In this document: positions 48,200 through 60,336 of the stretch, piece after piece
Numbering within the stretch: the stretch's first letter is position 1
Layout of the letters: each line of letters opens with the position of its first letter
Origin: Felis catus
Lineage: Eukaryota
Direction: 5' to 3'
Length of the DNA stretch: 64,000 bases
Assembly: GCF_018350175.1 (NCBI RefSeq)
Contig: NC_058381.1
Coordinates: 41,106,001-41,170,000, forward strand
Position numbers and translations under genes: made by a program
The notes under the pieces: model-generated
What the model was told of the DNA's origin: nothing
Databases searched by the model: none
The model's input: only the letters and a program-made list of their open reading frames with translations

Positions 48200-49150
48200 C
48201 ACGGACCTGGCAGCCGTGCTGGGTCGGCCGAGGGGGCCAGGACTGCAGGGCCGGCAGGGTGGGGTTGGACACAAGTCCCTGGAAGCCGTGGGTCCAGCAC
48301 AGCGCGTGCACACAACTCTCGGAAATACTACTTGGACGAGCCTTTTGCGGGGACTCCACTTTACAGAATGTGCGTCATGTCGCGGTGTGGGAGAGTGAGG
48401 GGAAGGACAACGTCTGTGTCAGCCCCGACGCCAGTCTCCGCAGCTCCTGACCCTCGGTTTCGGAGTTTTCCGGGTGCGCATGCGCGGGCCGTGCCCCGCC
48501 CTCCGCCTCTCGTTCGTGGGTTGGTGGGTTTGGGTCACGTGGAAGTGCCTCGCCTCTTCCTCGCGGCAGGGGGCCCGCCCGCTGGCTGGTTTCCGGTTCG
48601 GTGGGTCGGAGATGACGGAGCCGGTCGCCTCTCCGGACGACCCCTGGGTCAAGGCAAGCCCCGCGGGCGCGCACGCCGGCGAGGGGAGGGCGGGTTGGGC
48701 TCATGCACGTGGGGGGTCCCGAAGACTAGGGGATTCCCTGCAGTCCCCAAAGGTCCCCCCGCCCTCCGGGCCCCGGGGCTGCAGAGAAGACAGCCCTCAC
48801 CCTGCGCGTGCCAAGGTGGGGAGACAAGTGAGGCATGTGTGCACGAATGTGAGGGGACCCGGCTTGCGGGGGGGGGGGGGGGGACGGTGGAGGAGGGAGG
48901 GGGTGGGGGCGGTGCTCCTATGGCCTATCTGCTTACTGCTATCGGGGCAATCCTGCAAACCCCTGCGCACCCCAGGCACGCGCGCGTGCGTGCGTATGTG
49001 TTTGTAAGTCTAAGTGAACGTACACGCGTGCATCCTGCAATTGCCTGCGCTCTCGGGGTGGGGGTGGGGTGTTGGGGCGGGTAGAGGTGTGTGTGGTAGG
49101 GGTGTATGGTGTGTGTACGAGTGCGCACGCGCTCAGAGTGAGAGGAGGTG
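48200..49150 (+). promoter_or_regulatory. MLX: MLX CpG-island promoter: NRF1 site, E-box, ETS sites, GC boxes
   Basis: TGCGCATGCGCG at 48475-48486. GTCACGTGGAAGT at 48534-48546. CCCCGCCC box. TTTCCGG near 48590. Confidence 0.75.
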
Positions 49151-52115
49151 CCCAGTCCTGGGCGGAGGTCTGATGAGCTCCTTTGGTGTCACAGGTGGAG
49201 TATGCCTACAGTGACAACAGCCTGGACCCCGGTGAGTACCTCTCCCACGGTCTCTAGCTCCCTGGTGACACTCCTGCCACAGTCCTGTGGATTCCCCTGG
49301 TCTTGCCAGCCACACCTGAGCGGAGTTCCTGCCCTGAGACAATGAGGGAGGAGCTGCATAAGGGGCAGGAAGCATAAGGGTATAATTCCTGCTGCTCTGA
49401 AACAAGGAAATGATGAAAATAGTGGGAGCTAGCCATTCTGTCACCCTCGTTGTGCCTAGATGCCACTTTGTGAACCGGTGGTATCATTGCAGACCCCTGG
49501 AGCAGTGGAGACACCAGAGACAGGAGCACTGTGGTGGGGCACAGCAGGAAGTGGATGACCCAATATGGGTAGCTTTTGGGTTGAAAGGGAGAGGTCAGCA
49601 TTTAAGGATCAGGAAGCCATTGTACACACAGGTGTCTGAAGGTCTAACAGTGTCCTCCTGTCCTACCCCTTAGTGATTGGGACCTCTCTTTTACAGGGCT
49701 TTTTGTAGAAAGTACCCGAAAGGGGAGTGTAGTGTCCAGAGCTAATAGCATCGGTTCCACCAGTGCCTCTTCTGTCCCCAATACAGGTAGGCAGCAACAT
49801 GCCCCCACCTGGGGGGGCTCAGATATACCATCATTTTAGTATATTTCCTAGACAGGAAGCTCCAGTCATCCACACGGGGGTGCTGGAGGCCTAGCGTTAG
49901 ACACAGGGTCTCACCATCTTTCACCTCATCTAGAATATTAGACGGCTCTGTCCGTTTGCTGTCTCTGAGCACCAGTTTTTTCTTCCCCACTGGGGCAAGG
50001 TGGGTTAGCTGGGCCCACTGGGCTTCAAAATGACCTCTTCCTGCCCCCAACTTTGAGCGTAGATGACGAGGACAGTGATTACCACCAGGAGTCCTACAAG
50101 GAGTCCTACAAGGACCGGCGGCGGCGAGCACATACTCAGGCTGAGCAGAAGAGGAGAGACGCCATCAAGGTGACTGGGGAGGCCTGTACCTTAGCCAATG
50201 CAAGAGGGCCCTGTGTATTTCAGATCTACCCTGCCCTCATCAGTCCCCAGCATCCTTGGTGGCAACTGCTCTAGTCCCCGGATATGAACACCTCCTTTTT
50301 TCTAGTCCCCTACCCCTTTGAGTTTGTGAGCATGGAACTTGGGTTCACAGAAAGTTTTGTGCCAGTTTGCCTGAGTCCCTTGGAGTTAAGGAACCCTTGT
50401 TTTCCCTCCTGTCTCCACAGAGAGGCTATGATGACCTCCAGACCATCGTCCCCACCTGCCAGCAGCAGGACTTCTCCATTGGCTCCCAAAAGCTCAGCAA
50501 AGCCATCGTTCTACAGAAGAGTATGGCCAGGGAGAGCACTGGGAGTGGTTGGGGCCAGTGGTGCTGTGAGGAGGCCAGAGCCTTACACTCACTTTCGGCC
50601 TGGCCGCGGTGGGGTGATTATAATGGGAGAGTTGGGGAAAGGGAGGAAGGGGAAACAAAGTAAACCTTGTCCTTCTGGCTGAGACATCCTCTGTGCCCAC
50701 CCTCGCTGCAGCTATTGACTACATCCAGTTTTTGCACAAGGAGAAGAAAAAGCAGGAGGAGGAGGTGTCCATGCTACGCAAGGACGTCACGGCCCTAAAG
50801 ATCATGAAAGTGTAAGGGGGGGGATGCTGAGCTTGGGGAGCCAGGGCTTCTGAGGGGACTCTGAAGCTGACTTCAGTTCATAGCTTTCTCTTGTTCAAAG
50901 GCCACATCAGATAATACAGAACAGATAACCTTCTCATTCCTGTAGGTGGCCACTTAGGGGTAGGACTCTGCACCCCAACAGTCCCTGATACCTAGCAGAT
51001 ACTCAAAGTGCCTGTGGGATTAGCGAGGGGTAGAGAGAGGGGTCACCCATTTCTGTCCCAGCAGCTCTCCGGGAACCCCTTCCCGGGGCCGGGGGAGTAC
51101 ATAGGGTGACCTGAGCTGCTCTAGCACCTTAGCCCTGTCCTACTCGCTTTCAGGAACTATGAGCAGATTGTGAAGGCACACCAGGACAACCCCCATGAGG
51201 GAGAAGACCAGGTCTCTGACCAAGTCAAGTTCAATGTGTTTCAAGGCATCATGGACTCACTGTTCCAGTCCTTCAATGCCTCTATCTCCGTGGCCAGTTT
51301 CCAGGAGCTGTCAGCCTGTGTCTTCAGCTGGATTGAGGAGCACTGTAAGCCTCAGGTATGGGGCAGCAGTGGTCAAGGGGTGCGGATTTTCTGTCTTCCT
51401 TCAGGCCAAGTGACCCAAGTCCTAATTTGTTCAGAGAGGGAAGGTGGCAACTTTTAGGTTTCTGGAGGGTCTCTTCTCTGCTTCCTGGCCCACATTTTCC
51501 TGTTAAGGTTTCATTTGGCAAGAATGATGTGGGCACTTAACTCAGGCAAGGCCTCACTCTGGCCTTTGTTAGCTCGAGTTACGGCTGCCTAGTATGTAAG
51601 CCCTCATCACTCATAGCAGAATCACGTGGAATTTCTAGAAAGATTCCTGGCTCCCACCCCCAGGCCCACTAGTTTTCCCTGGGGTTTGTGATTATTTGTA
51701 ATGGAGCTGTGTGTTAATGGTATTGCATGGAGTTTCTGAGGCTTGACTTGCATCTCACTTTTTTGTTTCCTGACATTTTCTGGAACCACTTTAAGTGTCC
51801 TGTGACACAGAGTGGACACTCCTGTGCCCACCACCTAAATGCTACCATTCCCATTTCTTCTATTTGCTTTACCACATAGCTGTCCACATCTCCATCCCTT
51901 TCTCTGTCCTGTCTCGGGGACATTTCAGAGTCGACTGTAAACGGTGTTTCCCAGGGGCTTTTTCTGTTGTACTCAAGAGCATGACTGGTCCAGGCAGGTA
52001 TCTGAGCCTCTGTCCTCACGTGAGCATCACTCGTGTCTTCCTCTGCTGCCCCCGCCAGACCCTACGGGAGATTGTGATTGGCGTCTTGCACCAATTGAAG
52101 AACCAGCTGTACTGA
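48612..52115 (+). CDS. MLX: MAX-like protein X (bHLH-LZ); 244 aa with the GC donor, 298 aa with the extended exon 1
   Basis: join(48612-48653 [or -48815],49195-49231,49697-49786,50063-50169,50421-50520,50712-50811,51154-51355,52059-52115). Basic region RRRAHTQAEQKRRDAIK. C-terminus LHQLKNQLY*. Confidence 0.97.
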
Positions 52116-52294
52116 CTGGGTTTTGGAAGCTGCAGAAGAGCCAACAAGAGGCCAGAGTCTCCTACTTGGCCACGGAGCCACTGGGCTTATGAGATTGGAC
52201 TGCGACACTGCACACCAGTCAGCTGGTTCTCGGTGTTTGGTTCCCCAGCACCCCTTCATCCTCACTGGGGCTGGGGTATTTGTTTTGTGAAAGC

Positions 52295-52305
52295 TTTAAT
52301 TTATT
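52295..52305 (-). terminator. PSMC3IP: Candidate PSMC3IP polyadenylation signals (AATAAA and ATTAAA on the minus strand)
   Basis: Plus-strand TTTAATTTATT. This is the first canonical minus-strand hexamer I found downstream of the PSMC3IP stop. Confidence 0.55.
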
Positions 52306-53153
52306 ATACTGACCACAGAACTTGAGCTTACTGTCTTTCCCCTTCTCCGTAGAAGTCTTCGGGAGGGGGGACCCTGTTCTGGGGACACCCCCCTCCCCCC
52401 ATAAGAGCTCCTGGTCTCTCCCCTTCTAATCCTCAGATTTTTGCTCCTGATTACACATATTGGGAAGCTACTGTTTGCATTTGGTTTGGTCTCTTGGGCA
52501 ACATTTGGCCCAAGTTTGGCCATTTTGGCAGTAGTTGGATGGGAAGGGAGGAACACGAGGAAATACTCCCACAGCCAAGAGGGGTGAAAGGCCTCCTTGT
52601 GCCTCGGCTAGGGCTGCCTGGTCAGCCCAAGGTGAGATCAGGCCTCTTCTGGCCAGCTCAGGGCAGGGCTACTGGGTTCCTGCCCTCACTTGCTACTGCA
52701 TCCCCTCTCCTTCCTCCCCCACACACTCCTGCCCCCTCTGTCCCCACAGGCAGGAGCACAGCACAGAGAAGTTACGTGTGACACAGCACTACATATTAAA
52801 TTTTTTTTTAATATTCTAAACACCAACATCGCAATTTTGCTAAAGTTACAATTTTTGAAAGTGAACTGGGCCTCAAAATCACTCCCAGCCATCCTGTCGA
52901 GCATATCTGGGTCTCCACCATCTCAGTGCTGCTTGTGTTTCTCCCAGGACTTGGGAGTGGCGTGAAGGGGTAGAGAAGATACTTTAAAGGCCTCCTGGGG
53001 TACAGAGCCCAGAAAAGTCCTGGGTAAAGCCTTGGGCTCCTCGAATGCTGTGTATACTAGCTTCTCTCTACCCGGTAGCCTTCCTCAGGGTTGACATCTG
53101 GGAGGTTTGGTTATCCAGAGGAAATTAAGTATTTTTATATCAAATTATAGTAC

Positions 53154-53159
53154 AATAAA
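53154..53159 (+). terminator. MLX: MLX polyadenylation signal
   Basis: AATAAA followed by T/GT-rich sequence about 1 kb after the stop codon. Confidence 0.7.
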
Positions 53160-53407
53160 TATTGCCAAATGCTTTCCTTTAGCGTTGTTCCAAGTTTAAG
53201 TGCAAGCAATTGGAATCTAGATGATGGAACGAGCATGACAACCATCCGCTCTGGGCTTGCTCACTCCCTGAGCCCTGTATTCCGGTTCATGCCCCTCTCC
53301 CAGCTGCTCTGCTCAAAGGTGGAAAGCAGCAGGAACAAAGAAGCCAACCTGAAGGAGGCAGCCAGTCCAGGACGTCGCTTCCATTCCCCCATCCTGCAGA
53401 GGACTCC

Positions 53408-56400
53408 TCAAGGGTCTGGGAGCTTCACGTTGTAATCTTCATCAGTCTCTATCCCAACTTCCTCCTGGGGCAGGGAGACCAGTAAATGAGACCTCCCTGG
53501 ACGAAGACCCGAGGGTGGCAAGGAGGGGAGAGACAGAGAGAACCACTTACAAAGAACTGCTTCTTGCTCTTGGGGTATCCTTCAAGGATCGCATCAGACA
53601 GTTCTGTTGCCTGACAAGAAACAAAAACACCCCTTTTCAGATGGGCGGCACTGCCTGGCGGACCCATGACCTCAGGCAGCAGTTTCTCCGGTGGCTGCCA
53701 TTTTCCAGGGCCTGCTGCGGAGCTCACGCACTTACCATCCTCTTCCGCTTCCTCCATTCCTTGCAGTACTTCTGCCTCTCTCTGTACACCTGCACAGGGA
53801 AACAGCTTGCTCTAGCCCCTCAGGGGCTGCTGGGGGGCAACCTCGGCCTCACTCCAGACATGCACAGGCAGACCTCCCCGCTACCACCCTTCCTCCGGAC
53901 TCACCTGCTCTTTCTCTTCTGGAGTCACATGGTTGGTGGCTGCTTTGATGTTCTTCAGTCTCTCTCTGTAGCCAGCACATTCCTTCTTCAACTCCTGGAT
54001 CTCTTTCTGCATCTCCGGTGTGGTCAGGGCACTAGTTAACTCCTTCAGCTCTGAAACCACATCTCCCTGAGGTCGCTTCTTACCCTGATGATGGGGTTTT
54101 GTCTTTCCCAGAGGGTGCTCCCTGAGGTAGGAGACTGGGCCCCTACCTTGCTCTAGGTTCTACACCCAGGGTCCAGAATGAGTTCCATATTCTGGAAATT
54201 GCGCTCAGCAGAGATTAAGGCTTATAGAATTACCAGTTTAGTCTGCTTTTCTTTCCTCTTCCATCTACAAGCAGTGGTAAAGTGTGAGGTTGAACAGACT
54301 GTTCCCTGTAGCCAGTTAAAGAAACAGGCACAGAGGGAGTGTGGGCACAGTACACTGATAATATCAGGGAAAGCAAATGCGTGTCTTGCCCATTTATATT
54401 CAAAAGCCATTAGCTGTTTACGTCTCTTGTAACATAATGCCAGTGGCGGCCCAGCCCAGCTCTCCACTGCAGCGAGACAACATTGCGGTCAGCAAACCAT
54501 TCACTTAGGGATTCCTGCCCTCTGGACTGGCGCTCGTGCCAGGGGCCCCTTCCGGCATCCGCCCAGTCCTACCGGCCTCCATGTGGCGGCAGCTCTGCTG
54601 GAGGCTCTGCACCTTGGCAGTGAGGGCCACGATTTTGGTGTCCAGGCTTTGGAGGTCAGCGTCACTCACCATGTCGAACTGGTCCTGCCAGAGGTGAGAC
54701 AACAAACAGAAGTGGGTGGGTGTGATGTGAAGCCACATCTGGGCAGGCCACGTCACATCCGCTCAAGAACCTGGGGCTCCCCAGCCCTCCAGGGGGCCTG
54801 GGAGAACAGCGGGAGGGTCCCTGTGAGACACCATTCAGTTCGGTACTGGTCCCAACAAACAAAAAGGTATGAAAAAGTTAAAACCTGATGCCTGTCCTCA
54901 AGGGGCTTCAGGATACTGAACAGGGCAGAAATCTTAGTTTAGTGGTAAAACCACTCACTGGGCTAAAAGAGTAAAGGAGCATTCTTCCCAAGGTAGTGAT
55001 ACCTAAATTACACATTTCCACAGTAGGAAGAACCTGGGCAGGTCAAGAGTCGTGGTGGGTGGTATTGAAGGGACTCCAGTAAACGTCCGAGGGGCCCCTC
55101 CCGTGAGAGAGACCAGCTGCCGCAAAGGACTTTGGTGGGGCTCGGGATGGGGGGTGGGGTGGTCTTGTCAGTGATGTCAGGGAGCAGGTTAGAAAGAATA
55201 GGAATGCCAGCCTGGGCAGTTTGGACTCTTCATTAAAGCAAAGTAAACCTTTATAGCAGAAGGCAGCAAACTACAGCCTGCACACCAAATCCTGCCACAT
55301 TCGGGGTTGTGAAAACAAAAATTTCTGGACACACAGTTACACCCACTCGTTTACATGTTTACTCGTTTACATGTGATCATTTACATACTGCTCTATAATG
55401 ACGGCCCTCAGTGGCTGTGACAGTTGTGTAGCTATGACAAGAGGCCATCTGGCCGGCAAAGCACAAAATTGTCTTTACAGAAAAAATGCTGCCAAATTCT
55501 CCCTCAGGGACTCTTCATTAGAGTAGTAATGTAATGAAACCTATTTCAGAAAAGTTAGTCTTGATGGCGGTGTGGTTCAGTTAAACTAGTATTCGGGGTC
55601 TACTGGACGTTAGATACTGGGGTGGGGGGGGGTTGTGCTGAGCAAAGGAGGAAGAGTGAGAAGTGGGCTCAGCCCTGGAAGGGCTGCAGTCTAGTGAGGA
55701 GATGGGTAAAAAGACCACCACAATATAGCATCCCTCAGGGAGGTGAGTGCCTGAAGAAGAGGCGAGGAGAGAATCCGGGGAAGGTTTCTGGAGGTGATGC
55801 CTGAGAGAGAACCTTGGAGTAAGAGTTCGCTGAGCAAAGAGGCAGAAGAGGAAGAAGGGATTTTAAAACTCCAGGCAGAGGAAGGACACAGGAGTAAAAT
55901 ACACCTAAATGGCCTAGTACTGGTGAAGGGACAGGTGAGGCTAGCAGCGGCCTGGAGCCAAGTCTCTATGTAGATTTCTCCCTGTTGTAGGGAGTGCTGG
56001 AGTTTCAAGTAGGGAAATGGCCCCAGACAGTACTGACGCAGACCATTCTGGCTGCAGCGTTTCAGATGTGTGAGGAGGCCAGGAGATGTGAGGAGGCTAT
56101 GGTGATAGATGAGGAGCACCTGAACTCAATCAGCAACGGCAGACAGAAAGGGGAGGGTGGATTCAGGAAGGGGGAAAGCCAACTGGATTTGCTGGCTGCC
56201 TAAGCTGAGAGGGAAGAGTGACTCCCCAGTCTCTGAGTTGGGTGAGGAGCGGCTCTAACTGAGGGAGAAGCCTGTAAAAGGAGCCCAGTTAGGGGAGATG
56301 TGCATTCTACTTCAGCAATATTGATTCTGCAAGGTCTGGAAGGCATCCGGGCGGTGGTCTGGCCTAGAGATGCAAAATTAGTGTCATCTGTGTTGGGAGG

Positions 56401-57223
56401 GGTGGGGACAGAAGGCAAATCATTTGGCAGATGATGGTTCTGATCTAGATGACTGGGAAAAAGAAACCTCCAAGCGGAAAGGGACCTTGGTAGGAACAAT
56501 TCAGGATCTTCTGTCATCTATCATGTACATCTCAGATCTGGAAGTCTTGTTGAGTCTGGATCACAGCAAGGGGAGTACCCACTTTGATTTAAAGGGTGTG
56601 TGGGGCCCTTTTAATGGCGTGGGCTAGCTGAGTTTCACGGGATGCCGCAAGTCAGAGTTCATTCTAGAGACTGATTCACCTAATGTCGGGTCTCACACGG
56701 GTGATAATCTGCACAGGTTTCCCTCACCTGGTCCGCAAAATAGATCTTCTGCTTGCCGTACATCTTCTCTTTGATTTTGCCTTGTTGGGCCAGCTGCTCC
56801 AGCGCCTTCACCACCGCCTGGCAGAGGGGAGAGGCAGAACCAATCAGAGGGATGATTTAGGGCCCAGGCAGCGGGAATTAGGGCCGCCAGCCTTAGGAAG
56901 CTCAAGGCTAGAATGGCTGCCTCGAGAGGGCAGCACTTCAGGCTGATTCGAGGGGCCCCAAGGGTAGGGGGGGGCGGTCCCAGGACAGGGTCCTCACCGC
57001 CTTGCCCAGTCCATGTTCCCGCTGCAGGTTCCCGAACACGTCCTGGGCGCTGTAGGGCCGGTTCTGCTCCTGCAGGTATCTCAGGAGAATCCCGGGGGCT
57101 ACGAGGAGACGGGGCATGGGGGGAGGTCACTCAACCGACCCCTCGCCCGCCCCCCGCCCGGGTCTCCCCCGTGCCCGCGGTCCGTTTACCTCCCGCCGCA
57201 GCCTCGGCCCGGCCTTTACTCAT
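53408..57223 (-). CDS. PSMC3IP: Homologous-pairing protein 2 (HOP2/TBPIP), 217 aa
   Basis: complement(join(53408-53464,53551-53610,53736-53789,53905-54050,54573-54684,56728-56817,56998-57098,57190-57223)) = 654 nt. Reads MSKGRAEAAAG APGILLRYLQEQNRPYSAQDVF...EEVGIETDEDYNVKLPDP*. Confidence 0.97.
55257..55500. mobile_element. MER58A-like hAT-Charlie element in PSMC3IP intron 3
   Basis: ggcagcaaactacagcctgc...ccaaatcc...ctcgtttacatg...ggccggcaaagc...ctttacagaaaaa. Boundaries approximate. Confidence 0.7.
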
Positions 57224-57700
57224 GGCCTTTCCCGCCGCCAACTTGGAAAGCCGGACGTTGCAGTCGCTCGGGGCAACGGCTGCTTCCGGCGACGGGAAGG
57301 GCGGGCCGCAAGCGGTGATTGGCGGAAGGGGAAGTCTTGGCGAGGAACGAAGCGACCCTTCCCGGGCGCCGTAGGTCAGTGCTGTCGGGAGCCGGGTATG
57401 AGCGTGGTCCCTCGCACTTCTGGGTCCATGCAGCGGAGGTGGGGCGCTTGCCCTGGACTTCTCCCTCCCTGCTCCTCGGGACGCAGGCCGTAGTAAATCA
57501 CGCCTTCACGTTCCGAGACCCGCTTCCAGCGGCAGCGGCTGGGCTCTCGTCACCGTGAGCTGGGCCGGTGTTCCAAAGGGGAGAAAACTTGGGATCAACT
57601 CCCGCTGGGCTAGCGACTTGCTCAAGATCACAGAGCCAGTTACTCACAGGGACGTGCCCTGTCCCACGGCCCGATGCTCTTTTCGTCGGTCTCATTTGTA
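56900..57700 (-). promoter_or_regulatory. PSMC3IP: PSMC3IP CpG-island promoter with E2F-, MYB- and CCAAT-type motifs
   Basis: CpG-dense. TTTCCCGC at 57228-57235. CAACGG at 57274-57279. GATTGG near 57317. Confidence 0.65.
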
Positions 57701-58178
57701 AAATAGGAAGAAGAGATACTAACAGGAGGATGGTTGGAAGACAAAAATGCGTAGAAAGAAACTCTGGAAGGACAATACCGATATCCTTCATTGCCCGTTA
57801 CTGGGTCTCGCACACAGGGGGCGCTCAACACGTGCTGTGGTGTGAACGCCAAGGCAAGGCAGGGTTGGGACGGGGCTACGGTTAAGCCACAAAGCTTGTT
57901 AGAAAAGTTTCCTGTTGGCCGAGTCAATCTTATGGCAACACCTGGCAGGTGTTTTCCACTTCTGCCCACAGTGGCCAATGGGACAAAGCCTGAAATAAGT
58001 GTTTCTAGTTTCTGAGGTCAGCTGAAGGCCAAAGAGCAGCTGTCCCTGCAGCTCAAACACTCCAGAGGAAGAGCGTGGTGTTAATCTTTACAGCCTTCTG
58101 TTACCTAAATTCTCATTAGGCTTTGAAACACGTAGTTGTCTTCACATGTCTAAGGAACAATATTAAGAATTAAAAATG

Positions 58179-58341
58179 AGGGGCGCCTGGGTGGCACAGT
58201 AGGTTGGGCATCCGACTCTTGATTTCGGCTCAGGTCATGATCTTGAGGTTCGTGGGTTTGAGCCGCAGGTGTGGCTGCATACTGACAGTGCAGAGCTTGC
58301 TTGGGATTCTGGCTCCCTCTCTCTCTGCCCCTCCCCCGCTT

Positions 58342-58377
<36 letters not shown>

Positions 58378-58400
58378 AAATAAACATTAAAAAAAAATGA
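58179..58400 (+). mobile_element. CAN-SINE
   Basis: GGGGCGCCTGGGTGGCACAG head, (CT)n and AATAAA/A-rich tail. Confidence 0.9.
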
Positions 58401-58631
58401 TGGAACTGCTGGCTAGATGCCAACCAAGAGTGCCAGTTATACTGTCTAGGCTCTCCAGGGGAGGGGAAGTGGCTTCATACCATGGTGATTATTCTGACCA
58501 TCACAAAGGAAAAACAGGGCAGGTGGGTCGCTCACAGCTGGGCTTACTATTCTAAGGTTGTCACCTGAGAACACTATCAAGGGTAAAACACCATTCAACA
58601 TCAGTCTCTTAAAGATTGTTCTCATATAAGA

Positions 58632-58637
58632 TTTATT
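58632..58637 (-). terminator. RETREG3: Candidate RETREG3 polyadenylation signal
   Basis: TTTATT on the plus strand about 1.7 kb downstream of the RETREG3 stop. Confidence 0.45.
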
Positions 58638-60336
58638 CCCCAGCACCACTCCCTCCCTCCCCCCTCCCGTCCATCCCCACCCCAGTTCACAGTGGAGGAC
58701 TAAGGAGATTCAGAGCAGGATCCCCCAGGTACAAGAAACACCCTCTGAAGATTTGCTCTCCTTCCTCCCTCCCTCTTGCCAACTTCCAAGGCCTGAAGCT
58801 ACACACACTCATGCAAACACACCAAAACCCGCTCCTCTCCCACACTCCTGTGTTTTTCCCTATCAGAGTTCACCTGTGAGACATCTGGGCTCTGAGAAGA
58901 GAGGAGGTGTCCAAAGTCTGAGAACCCTAAAGTGGGGAGATGCCATTACCCCAAATCTTCACACACAAGTGACTATGAAACAGGCACCTAGCTCTTCTCC
59001 CTTCTCACTCTTAATTTTCACTCCCGGCCTCTACCTTGTCCATCAACCAAGAGCAAACATGTTAGCACACTCCCACCTGCAGCACATGAAAATGGGCTCT
59101 GTCCAACATCCCTTGCCCAGGTATGGGAGTGTTGGGGGAGTGGTCCCTGAGGATCAGCAAAGGGTTAATGCAGAGGGCAAGAGGACAGAAGAGTTTGGCC
59201 TGAGCTCTGATTGGGGAAGCAGAGAGAGGCTGTAGTCTGGCACAGGTCTAGAATTGCCATTTTTAGTCTTTCTCTAGCATGACAGTAGAACAGATACCCC
59301 TTAGAGGGGTTTCTGACTACAGACACATTCTTGCTAACTGGGCTCATCCTTAAAAGAGGCCCTGCCAAGTGGGAAGCAACTGAAAATAAAACTATTAAAG
59401 GAACTGAATCGGGAGTAAGAAGAGCTGGTGCAAGAAGAGCTGGTGGCTCCTGGGGTGAATGCCAATGAGCCATTTGTAAAGTGCTACTTTGACACCCCCC
59501 ATGCAATTATTGCTTCTCCAAAGGAGGAGCAGGGGAAGGAACGGGAACATGGAAATGGATATGGTATGGTATTGCTTTGCTCGTTGCTCAGGCTGATGGT
59601 CAAATGGAGCCAGGGGTTAGCAGCACCAAAAATAACCAGGCAGCTTCAGAAGATTCCATGAGACCATGAGATATAGAGGCACCCGCCCTCTCAGCCAGCT
59701 GACCCCACAGCCCAAGGTAATGTTGAAGAGGCCGACCCTCACATCATGTTCACATTTCCTAAATTTCACAAGCACTACTTTGGAGCACTGGAGGTTAAGC
59801 CTCAAGAAATGAGGATGGGCTGGGGCAGAGGGAGCAGGCCTGCTCTGCAGAACCAAAAAATTTGCTTAGAAAAAGACAAATCAAATCATGGCTTAGCAAA
59901 AGAGGATGGCAATGTAACTCTTCCAGCTGCTGCCTGACTTGGAGCTCCAGGGAGGAGATGGAGGGAGGAAGGAAGGAAAGGGTGGCTTCTATCACTGAGG
60001 GCCCCCGAGCACCCATACCTAGAAGCAAACAGCAGCACCCCCTCAAAGGGGAACCAATACCCCTGATTACGTTGTTCCCCAAAAGTACCATTCTGATGGA
60101 GAAGCCTCCCCTGGGGGAGCACTCTCACTGCAGTGATTGAGCTCAGAAATGGGCGTCCAGCTGGTAGCCGGGGAGCGAGTATCCTCTCTCAGCAGGCCTG
60201 AGCTTCAGCCAGGCCACCAAGCATACATATAGAATTCAGTGGATGGGACCTGGGTTCTTCCCTTGCCCCTTCACCTTAAGTGGGATAGGGAGAAAAAAAA
60301 CCTAAACCACAGTGACCCCCAAAAGGAGTCTCTGCC

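Noticed and set aside
47958-48398. 146-aa ORF between COASY and MLX
   Set aside because: Non-ATG start, no recognisable protein family, and it lies in promoter sequence.
48480-48611. In-frame upstream ATG that could extend MLX by 44 aa
   Set aside because: The ATG is inside the NRF1 motif, upstream of the likely TSS, and there is no evidence that it is transcribed.
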